Of a DNA stretch of 35,171 nucleotides, positions 1-7,246 are shown one piece after another (positions within the stretch are counted from its first letter, which is position 1; every line of letters starts with the position of its first letter). The notes beneath the pieces are model-generated. The model was given only the letters and a program-made list of their open reading frames with translations, was not told where the DNA came from and did not search any database. A program made the translations under genes and the position numbers. Source of the DNA: an uncultured Planctomycetota bacterium. Its GTDB lineage: Bacteria; JAJVIF01; JAPKYR01. The DNA lies in contig CAYLVL010000002.1 in the NCBI GenBank assembly GCA_964387135.1, forward strand, positions 1 through 35,171, read 5' to 3'.

Positions 1-1
1 C

Positions 2-265
2 TTATATGAAAGCTTGTGCCAGCAATCCAAGGATGCGGACGAGCTTCCCGTATCTTTCCCCGATCCCCGTAGACCCGATGAAATAATCGATTTCTACGAT
101 TTCCTCTACCCGAGCCAGATCAAGGGATCCTGGCCAGAGGAGGGTCCGAGGGTAATGCAGGGAACAAGCCCGTTCGTCCAGGGAAACGATTACTCCGCGA
201 CCGCAAGGATGCCGGAGTTCAGGGAGTTTTCAATCACCTACACGTGGTCAATCCACGAAACCTGA
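2..265 (+). CDS. 3' end of a gene cut by the window edge; hypothetical protein fragment
   Basis: Frame is open from nt 2 to TGA at 263-265 (ORF track lists 14..265 from a TTG). No recognisable motif. Confidence 0.35.
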   Translation, partial: LYESLCQQSKDADELPVSFPDPRRPDEIIDFYDFLYPSQIKGSWPEEGPRVMQGTSPFVQGNDYSATARMPEFREFSITYTWSIHET

Positions 266-280
266 CAAGGGGATCGGAAA

Positions 281-979
281 TCAGCCGATCTTGCTCCCCA
301 CTGTGTCTTCAGTGTCCGCGCATGGATTCTCCAGACCCATGATCTGCGCTACCTTCTCGATCCGCACGAGGTCGCTGAGCGCCCTTCGCACGCTGCCCCT
401 GACCTCTCGATACTCGACTCGTACATGGCAGCAGTTGCCGAACGTGAAGAACATGAAGTCGCCGTCGGCGTCGAGAAGATACTTAAGGAGCGGTCTCATC
501 GAGCCTGCATGCGCCACGAAGAAGATCGTGCGGTCGGCAAGAAGATCGTCCCATCCCGACACAATCTCCCTGACTGCTCCTCCTACTCTTTCAAAGAAGT
601 CGTCGCAGCTCTCCCCACCGAATGCGCTGAAGTCCAGCCACTTGTTCACGTCCGGCGTCCAGCCGGTCGGATTGCTCCGGTATGCGTCCTCGAGGGACAT
701 GCCGGAAAGCTTCCCGACATCGATCTCCTTCAGCCCGTCGACCTTGTGAATCGGAGGTGAAGGATCGTAAGCACCGGCGATCTGCCCTGCCGTTTCGAAA
801 GCCCGCAGAAGGGGAGAACAGTAGATGATTTCCGGAACGACATTCTCCCTCTTGAGATAGCGACCCAGCAGACCGGCCTGCTCTTTGCCTGCGACGGCAA
901 GAGGACTGTCGGCGAAACCCTGGATTACTCCGTCCGCATTGGCCTGCGACAGGCCGTGCCGGATAACGTAAACCTGCAT
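281..979 (-). CDS. histidine phosphatase family protein (phosphoglycerate-mutase-like)
   Basis: N-terminal RHG phosphohistidine motif (MQVYVIRHGLSQAN) and overall PGAM/CobC-like pattern. Start moved to the ATG at 979 (M11 of ORF 281..1009), which lies 4 nt after the upstream stop instead of overlapping it by 26 nt. Confidence 0.8.
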   Translation of the reverse strand: MQVYVIRHGLSQANADGVIQGFADSPLAVAGKEQAGLLGRYLKRENVVPEIIYCSPLLRAFETAGQIAGAYDPSPPIHKVDGLKEIDVGKLSGMSLEDAYRSNPTGWTPDVNKWLDFSAFGGESCDDFFERVGGAVREIVSGWDDLLADRTIFFVAHAGSMRPLLKYLLDADGDFMFFTFGNCCHVRVEYREVRGSVRRALSDLVRIEKVAQIMGLENPCADTEDTVGSKIG

Positions 980-983
980 GAAA

Positions 984-1538
984 TCACTCTTCCACTGCGC
1001 CGAGTTCATCGGCTTCCAGAAAATTCCTCAATACCCTGAGTCCCTCCGTGACCGCTTTCTCCCGGACCGCATCGCGATTGCCGAAAAGATCGAAGTCCCT
1101 GATTGTGTTGCGTCCTGACGCGTTGACCACCGACCAGTAGATTCTGCCGATACTTCCTCCGCCTTCGTCGGTCGTGGGTCCGGCGTTTCCGGTGCAGGCG
1201 ACGGCATAATCCACCTTGAAAATCTCCAGTGTTCGCTCCGCCATGGCGAGTGTTATCGCGGGCGAGACCAGTCCGGTGTCGAGAAGGTCGTCGGGAAGTC
1301 CGAGGAGCTGCTTCTTGGTTTCCCTCGTATATGTAACCACGCCGCCCTTGTAGACCTTCGAGCTTCCCGGCACGCGGGTTATAGCCATGCCGAATCCGCC
1401 GGCCGTCACGCTCTCCGCCGTCGCCAGAGTCAGCCCTCGCTCCTTCAGCCAGAATATTGTCTTCTCAGCATTGAGAAGGTCCTTGTCGGCCTTGGGACCG
1501 ATTCGACCCGTCGGTTGTCCAGCTTCGTCAGGAGTCAT
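984..1538 (-). CDS. pncC: CinA C-terminal domain protein / nicotinamide-nucleotide amidohydrolase PncC-like
   Basis: LATAESVTAGG ... VPGSSKVYKGGVVTY ... ACTGNAGP motifs typical of the CinA/PncC domain. No N-terminal MoCF domain. Confidence 0.8.
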   Translation of the reverse strand: MTPDEAGQPTGRIGPKADKDLLNAEKTIFWLKERGLTLATAESVTAGGFGMAITRVPGSSKVYKGGVVTYTRETKKQLLGLPDDLLDTGLVSPAITLAMAERTLEIFKVDYAVACTGNAGPTTDEGGGSIGRIYWSVVNASGRNTIRDFDLFGNRDAVREKAVTEGLRVLRNFLEADELGAVEE

Positions 1539-1621
1539 GCTCTGAATCCTTCCATGGTGTTCTCTTACTTGGAGAAACGCATGTTAGCCGACTTCAGCGA
1601 CTAAGGCAATTGCCTCCGTCT

Positions 1622-3013
1622 CTATTCAACCGGGGAGACGTACTTCGCTTCCAGATCGTACGGAAGCGCTCCGGTGACCCTGACCTTGATCATGGCGCCG
1701 GCTTCGATCTCATCCGATACCCCTTCCACAAATACCAGGCAATCAATCTCGTGCGCATCGCGGTAGCTTCGACCGATCCTGAGCCCGTTTTCGGTTTCCC
1801 CTTCCAGAAGGACTTCCATCGTCTTTCCGATCCAGCCCTCGTTGATTTCATGCGAGATATCCTGCTGGAGCTCCATAATCAGGTCGGCTCTTCTCTCCAC
1901 TTCCTGCTCGGAAATCCGATCCGGCAGATCGAATGCCGGTGTCCCTTCCTCGGGTGAGAACTCGAATACGGTAACCCGATCGATCCTTGCTTCCTCCAGA
2001 AAGCCAAGCATAGCCTGAAAATCTTCCTCCATCTCTCCCGGATATCCCGCGATGAAGGTCGATCGAATGCAGGCAGGCCTTGCCGCACCCTCGAACCTGC
2101 TTCTGATAGTCCTGACAATATCCAGCATGTCCGCATCCGGAGCTAGTCGGTTCATTGAGCTGAGTATGCCCGGCCGGACATGTTGAAGGGGAATGTCGAA
2201 GTAGGGAAGCACATGCTCGGATTCCGCGATGACATCGAGCAAGCCTGCCGACACCTTGCTCGGATAGAGGTAATGCAGGCGTATCCAGTCGGCTCCATCA
2301 ATCCTGTCCAGTTCCTTCAGGAGGGTTCTCAGGTTTGTGCCGATATCCGATCCGTACGCGGTCGTGTCCTGGCTTATGAGAGTCAGTTCTCTGACGCCTT
2401 CCGACACGAGACGTGCGGCTTCCTCCACGATGTCGTTCACCGGCCTGGACTTGTAGGGGCCCTTGATGGCGGGAATCGTGCAGAATGCGCATGAGTGATC
2501 GCATCCCTCGGCGATTTTCAAATACGCAGTCCACGGCGGGGTAAGAATCACCCTCGGATCATCGGCGAGGGAAAGCGTGGATCGTCCCGGACGGCAGAGA
2601 TCAGATTCCGCTTCCCATTCCACTGATTCTCCCGAAAGAAGCTCGTGGAGCAGTCGCGGCAGATCAGGCAGGCTTCCAACGCCGACAATCAGGTCTAGCG
2701 CGGGAAAGCGCTTCCTCAAGTCAATCCCTGCGCGCTGGGGAAGGCACCCGGTAGCGACCAGGATCACGTCGGGATTCTCTTCCTTGATCGCGCAGATCTC
2801 ATCAAGGGCTTCCTCGCTCTCCAGGATGGCGTCACGGATGAATCCGCAGGTGTTTACAATCAGGCAGTCGGCTTCACAGGGATCATCTGTGAAGGCCCAG
2901 CCGACATCAGCGAGCTCTCCCAAAAGGCGCTCGGTGTCGACCGTGTTCTTGGGGCATCCGAGGCTGATGATCCCCACGGTTCCCGCAATGTAATCCACTT
3001 CCTGTCCGGTCAT
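1622..3013 (-). CDS. rimO: ribosomal protein S12 methylthiotransferase RimO
   Basis: MTTase N-domain (ISLGCPKNTVDTE, VNTCGFI), radical-SAM CxxxCxxC (CDHSCAFC) and a C-terminal TRAM-like domain; 463 aa. Confidence 0.9.
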   Translation of the reverse strand: MTGQEVDYIAGTVGIISLGCPKNTVDTERLLGELADVGWAFTDDPCEADCLIVNTCGFIRDAILESEEALDEICAIKEENPDVILVATGCLPQRAGIDLRKRFPALDLIVGVGSLPDLPRLLHELLSGESVEWEAESDLCRPGRSTLSLADDPRVILTPPWTAYLKIAEGCDHSCAFCTIPAIKGPYKSRPVNDIVEEAARLVSEGVRELTLISQDTTAYGSDIGTNLRTLLKELDRIDGADWIRLHYLYPSKVSAGLLDVIAESEHVLPYFDIPLQHVRPGILSSMNRLAPDADMLDIVRTIRSRFEGAARPACIRSTFIAGYPGEMEEDFQAMLGFLEEARIDRVTVFEFSPEEGTPAFDLPDRISEQEVERRADLIMELQQDISHEINEGWIGKTMEVLLEGETENGLRIGRSYRDAHEIDCLVFVEGVSDEIEAGAMIKVRVTGALPYDLEAKYVSPVE

Positions 3014-3156
3014 GGCATCCTCTGACGTAATCGAACAAGTGTAGCCTCCGGACCGGGTACACTAAAGAGCGGGCTGTGAAAGGCAGCGCGATTTTTTCCC
3101 GGCAAAAGCCCCGAAATTCGCGTGTTTAGGGTTGTAACGGGCTTCCGAAACCGGTT

Positions 3157-3175
3157 CTGCAATGGTATATTGCAG
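3157..3175 (+). promoter_or_regulatory. extended -10-like element TGGTATATT (3163-3171) inside a perfect 7-bp inverted repeat CTGCAAT-N5-ATTGCAG
   Basis: Read directly. TGnTAnnnT matches the sigma70 extended -10 consensus. The palindrome could instead be an operator or an RNA hairpin. Confidence 0.35.
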
Positions 3176-3177
3176 TT

Positions 3178-3271
3178 GGGAAGAATTCCGATCCCGAAGT
3201 ATAAGTAAGGCGATTCTCATGTAGGGTCCCGGCGGATTTTCCTCCTCCTGAATCCGCCGGGCATCTTTTTT
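3178..3271 (+). ncRNA. candidate small RNA (~95 nt) ending at an intrinsic terminator with a CU-rich anti-SD loop
   Basis: A plus-strand terminator sits at 3228-3271 with no plus-strand CDS upstream (rimO is on the minus strand). A promoter-like element at 3163-3171 would start transcription near 3178. The 5' end is inferred, not observed. Confidence 0.3.
3228..3271 (+). terminator. Rho-independent terminator
   Basis: Perfect 11-bp stem CCCGGCGGATT (3228-3238) / AATCCGCCGGG (3251-3261), 12-nt loop TTCCTCCTCCTG, then CATC and T6 (3266-3271). Confidence 0.7.
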
Positions 3272-3294
3272 AGGGCAGAAACCGGAAGGGCTTA

Positions 3295-3322
3295 TTGAAT
3301 TCCGGAAGAATTTGAGTATACA
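3295..3322 (+). promoter_or_regulatory. sigma70-like promoter TTGAAT-N16-TATACA, 8 nt upstream of the ATG at 3331 (leaderless or near-leaderless mRNA)
   Basis: Hexamers read directly. No Shine-Dalgarno between the -10 element and the ATG. The TTCCGGAA palindrome (3300-3307) lies in the spacer. Confidence 0.3.
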
Positions 3323-3330
3323 AACAACTT

Positions 3331-3813
3331 ATGAGTGTCATAGTGCCGAGTTGCCCGCGATGCGGCGGGCGAATGCGTCAGGCAAGAATATCGATTGACG
3401 CGTCCGGTACCGGCTTCGCCCTGAGTATTTCGGGAATACCGGTATATGCCTGCGACGAGTGTCGGTCCTCGCTTCAGTTCGCTGACTATGGCGAGACAGT
3501 TGACGCGGTAATCACGGCCGTTATCTCTGTGTTGGACAGACTTGCTCCGACCGGTTACGGATCTCCGACGCATACCCCGCGTCAGTGCAACCGATGCAGG
3601 GAGAATCTCCCTCGTGAAATGGACGGAAGCAGGGCTCATTTCGCCGACAGCATTCCTCTCGGGCCCGGCGGCGTTATGATCGGAGTCAAGTACTTCGGCA
3701 ACGCGCTCACATGCCCGCATTGCGGCACCAGGCATCCTTACGTTACTCCGGTGACGTTTCACGAAATCGCCGACAGCATCCGTCGTGCCGCGACCCTGTA
3801 CGAGCGAACCTGA
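3331..3813 (+). CDS. tandem zinc-ribbon protein (two YgiT/MqsA-type CxxC...CxxC modules)
   Basis: CPRCGG-x28-CDEC and CNRC-x45-CPHCG. The first module resembles the MqsA N-terminal zinc finger (CPxC ... GIPxYxCxxC). Preferred over the antisense ORF 3292..3831, which has no motifs. Confidence 0.6.
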   Translation: MSVIVPSCPRCGGRMRQARISIDASGTGFALSISGIPVYACDECRSSLQFADYGETVDAVITAVISVLDRLAPTGYGSPTHTPRQCNRCRENLPREMDGSRAHFADSIPLGPGGVMIGVKYFGNALTCPHCGTRHPYVTPVTFHEIADSIRRAATLYERT

Positions 3814-3861
3814 CTCACCGGTGAATCTCAAGTAAATCCGGGAAACTCAAATCAAACCGAC

Positions 3862-4452
3862 ATGAGCACGAAAATCCACCTTGCCTCCGCATCGCCCAGA
3901 CGTCGCGAGCTTCTGGCTCTCACGGGACTTGACTTCGAGGTCCGCCCTTTGGAGAAGGTTGACGAAGCAGCAATCCTGGAGGGGTACAGCGGCGATGTTG
4001 AGTCCCAGGCCGAGTTCATCGCGAGAGCGAAAGCAGAGGTTGCGCTGAAGCTCGGCATTCCGGGGATTTTCATCACGGCCGACACTCTCGTTATCTCCGA
4101 TGACGGCGCGGTGCTTGGGAAACCTCGGGATGAGCGCGAGGCGACGCTTTTCCTCGACAGGCTCGCTGGGAACTGGCACACGGTTGCGACAGGTGTGGCG
4201 GTGGCGCAGGGATCGCCCGATCGCATCGAGAGCGTGCTCGAAACCACCCGTGTGAAGTTCGCGGCGATGACAGACGACGAAATCCGCGAGTACATCGCCA
4301 CCGGCGAGCCATTCGACAAGGCGGGCGGTTACGGCATCCAGGGAAGAGTGTCGATTCACATCGAGAAGATCGACGGATGCTACTTCAACGTCGTCGGGTT
4401 CCCGCTCCATGCGTTCTGGAAGCTCTGGAAACACTTCAATAGACAGGGATAG
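3862..4452 (+). CDS. maf: Maf-family nucleoside triphosphate pyrophosphatase (septum formation protein Maf)
   Basis: N-terminal LASASPRRRELL motif, internal TVV ... KP and C-terminal DKAGGYGIQG motif typical of Maf/YhdE; 196 aa. Confidence 0.9.
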   Translation: MSTKIHLASASPRRRELLALTGLDFEVRPLEKVDEAAILEGYSGDVESQAEFIARAKAEVALKLGIPGIFITADTLVISDDGAVLGKPRDEREATLFLDRLAGNWHTVATGVAVAQGSPDRIESVLETTRVKFAAMTDDEIREYIATGEPFDKAGGYGIQGRVSIHIEKIDGCYFNVVGFPLHAFWKLWKHFNRQG

Positions 4453-4546
4453 GAGCGTCGGACACACTGCCAGGGGCGTCCCAAGTAAACCAAAAGAGAT
4501 TGAATCGATATTAATGAGAGGCGCCTGGATTTGACTGCGCCCCGGT

Positions 4547-7159
4547 TTGCCTATGCCCGACAACGGGGGAAAGAGGAATAATGATAAGTCCGATGCCGCC
4601 CAGGCAGGGCGGGATATCGTCCTGGATTTCTTCAACCTGATCCTGATCGTCGTCCTGGTCGCGTTCTTCTTCCTCGACATCATCCTTCGAGGACAGGTCT
4701 TCTTCGCCGGGGACATAATGAACGTCTACACTCCCTGGCAGCAGTACAACCAGGAGGCCCTCGCCGCCGGTCGGATGCCGCTATGGTGCGATGATTTCTT
4801 CATGGGCTTTCCCTTGTTCGCTGAGAGCCAGGGAGCCTTGTTCTATCCGCCGACCAGGCTCGTGTATTTCTTCATCAAGGGCGCGCAGGCCTTTTCCTAC
4901 GATGTTCTCCTGCATTTCCTTCTTGCCGCGTGGTTCCAGTACTTTTTCGCGCGAAGTCTCAGACTTGCGCCGTGGGCGAGTCTTCTGAGCGCGGTTGCAT
5001 TCGCGTTTTCAGGTCTGTTGCTCAGCCTTCCGATAAACTTCACGATCTTCCGGTCCATCGTATGGATCCCGTTGATTTTCACGTTCGTCACCCTCGGTGC
5101 GCGTCGCGGCTCGATGGTCTTTCCTTTGCTTGCAGCGGTGGCGATCGTGTGTCAAATGATGGGCGGCAGTCTCCAGGTTACCGGCATCACATTCCTGGCG
5201 CTGATTCCCTATGTATTCTTCCTCGTGCTTTCGCCCGGTCACGGCAAGCAGGCCGACGCGGTTCCGATCCTGCAATTCGTGCTGATGGTCATGCTCACCT
5301 TCGGGCTTTACGCTTTCCAGCTCCTTCCGACATGGGAGCTTATGCAGTACGCGTGGCGCGGAGGTCAGGGATGGGAAGTGGCTTCGGCTTTTTCCTTTCC
5401 TCCGGAGCATTTCATCGACACGATCATGCCGACCTTTTTCGGCTCATACGCCGACGGCACGATGCTGCCGGTCAGGCCGACCGCGAATTTCTTCCCCTAT
5501 GTCGGGCTGGTGCCGCTCCTTCTGCTTGTGCCTTCCCTCGGCGCTAAGAAACGCGGCGTATTCATACTTTTTCTCCTCGTAGTGCTGTTCCTCGCGCTTG
5601 CGGTAGGCAAGTACGGGCCTATATACCCGGCGGTTTACTCGACCGTCCCGTTCTTCGACAAGTTCAGGGCGCCAGATCGATTCTGGATGATTGCGGTGTT
5701 CGCAGGAACAGTCCTTGCCGGCTTCGGGCTTGAAAGGCTTGTAAATGACGTGGAATCCGGGAAAAAGGGATTCAATCCGTCGGCCGCGGGACTTCTGACC
5801 ACCCTGCTCATCCTCGCGATCCTCTTCGTGCTCGGTGCGCTCTACACCCCCTTCGTTCGGAGCATCTGGAACAGCGGGCTCGACGCTCTTGCCGGCATGT
5901 TCCTCGGACCGGGGCGTCCGGGACTGGATCCTCTTGTTTACCAGAAATGGCAGGGCAGTGTCGCGATGGCCGCGCTGCATGCGCTTGGCGTCGTGACAGT
6001 ATTCCATCTCGCGCTCTCCCTGTTCGGTTACCGCGGCAGGGGAGGTGTGCTCGCGGGCGCGATTCTCCTGATTGCCATCGCTGATCTCTATTTCATGAGC
6101 TTCAACGTCCCGGCTCTTCGAACCACCGGAGAGGAGTTCTTCACTCAGTCTCCCAGATCGGCGCAGGTGCTCATGCGCGACGGCGAGCCGAATCGGTTTT
6201 ACTCGTTCCTCAAACAGTACTACGCCCGGGAGCTTTTCGAGTTTGACCTTGAGGACGATTCGATCTGGTACAACGGCGGCGGATCGAACAATGTCGACGA
6301 CTATTACGCGCTTCGCGAGGCGCTGTCGCCGAACATCTTCATGCACTGGGGTCTGACATCCTCCAATGGTTTCGCAAGCCTCTTCCTCGCGAGGTATTTC
6401 GAGCTTGAAGGCGCGGCGAACCAACAGCTCCTGCCGTTCCTTGAGGGTGCCGATTTTGAGCGGGACGAGGTCGATGCATGGGCCGATCAGACATTGCTTG
6501 TCGATCTCATGGCGAGCAGGTATGTCCTCACGCCGATTCCGTTCGTCGATACGGATCGCTTCAGTCTGATCGATGACGGCCCGATGCGAATCTACCGAAA
6601 CCGGAAGGCGCTGCCCAGAGCGTGGATTGCCCGTCCGCAGGCGGTGCTCGGAGAATCAAGAGATGCCATTCAGCGTCTGGGTCTTGCCGATATCAACCCG
6701 ACAAGACAGCTGATCCTCGATCCCATTCCATCCGATCCCAGGACCTTCCCTGACGGCGCAGACGGTGAAGCGACTGCCCGAATCAGGCCCATCGGCGGGG
6801 TGCAGGGAGCCGGAGCGCGCGGCGGTGCGGTGATCGACGAGCAGGTCCTCATCGAGGTTTCGACTCCCCAGCCTGCCTACCTCGTCCTCGCGGACACCTT
6901 CTATCCCGGCTGGTGCGCCGAGGTCAACGCCGTCCCGGTCGACACCATATACAGGGCTTTCGGCTATTTCAGGGCAATCGAAATCCCCCCGGGCGACAAC
7001 CTCGTGCGCTTCTATTACCGTCCCCAGAGCTTCAGAACCGGCCTTACCCTCACTCTGGTGACCGTAGGCGTCTTCGTGCTCATTCTCCTGGTCCAGCTCA
7101 TATTCTTCGCGAAGCAGCCCCCGAGGGGAACCGCCGGCGGGTCCAAATCGCGGGATTAA
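4547..7159 (+). CDS. large polytopic membrane protein, YfhO-like / GT-C-fold glycosyltransferase-like
   Basis: 870 aa. More than 10 hydrophobic segments in the N-terminal ~520 aa, a soluble C-terminal domain and a final TM. The first loop (FFAGD ... MPLW ... FMGFPLFAESQGALFYPP) resembles the YfhO family. Family call is from memory, not a search. Confidence 0.55.
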   Translation: MPMPDNGGKRNNDKSDAAQAGRDIVLDFFNLILIVVLVAFFFLDIILRGQVFFAGDIMNVYTPWQQYNQEALAAGRMPLWCDDFFMGFPLFAESQGALFYPPTRLVYFFIKGAQAFSYDVLLHFLLAAWFQYFFARSLRLAPWASLLSAVAFAFSGLLLSLPINFTIFRSIVWIPLIFTFVTLGARRGSMVFPLLAAVAIVCQMMGGSLQVTGITFLALIPYVFFLVLSPGHGKQADAVPILQFVLMVMLTFGLYAFQLLPTWELMQYAWRGGQGWEVASAFSFPPEHFIDTIMPTFFGSYADGTMLPVRPTANFFPYVGLVPLLLLVPSLGAKKRGVFILFLLVVLFLALAVGKYGPIYPAVYSTVPFFDKFRAPDRFWMIAVFAGTVLAGFGLERLVNDVESGKKGFNPSAAGLLTTLLILAILFVLGALYTPFVRSIWNSGLDALAGMFLGPGRPGLDPLVYQKWQGSVAMAALHALGVVTVFHLALSLFGYRGRGGVLAGAILLIAIADLYFMSFNVPALRTTGEEFFTQSPRSAQVLMRDGEPNRFYSFLKQYYARELFEFDLEDDSIWYNGGGSNNVDDYYALREALSPNIFMHWGLTSSNGFASLFLARYFELEGAANQQLLPFLEGADFERDEVDAWADQTLLVDLMASRYVLTPIPFVDTDRFSLIDDGPMRIYRNRKALPRAWIARPQAVLGESRDAIQRLGLADINPTRQLILDPIPSDPRTFPDGADGEATARIRPIGGVQGAGARGGAVIDEQVLIEVSTPQPAYLVLADTFYPGWCAEVNAVPVDTIYRAFGYFRAIEIPPGDNLVRFYYRPQSFRTGLTLTLVTVGVFVLILLVQLIFFAKQPPRGTAGGSKSRD

Positions 7160-7246
7160 CCCCGACTAACTCGAATTAGGTTTCTTAGATATAAGCGGAC
7201 CTTTCCCATTCGATGTTATAGGGAGACTTGCTAGGAGGCAAAAGGC

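Noticed and set aside
3163-3174. Reading TGGTAT...TGCA as a sigma54 (-24 GG / -12 GC) promoter
   Set aside because: At 3163 and 33062 the GG-to-GC spacing is 4 nt shorter than the TGGCAC-N5-TTGCA consensus. Only the copy at 33188 can be forced to fit (TGGTAT-N5-ATGCT), and weakly. The extended -10 reading fits all three copies.
3292-3831. 179-aa minus-strand ORF covering the zinc-ribbon gene
   Set aside because: The plus-strand frame has four regularly placed CxxC pairs and a promoter-like element. The minus-strand product has no features and would start inside the neighbouring intergenic region.
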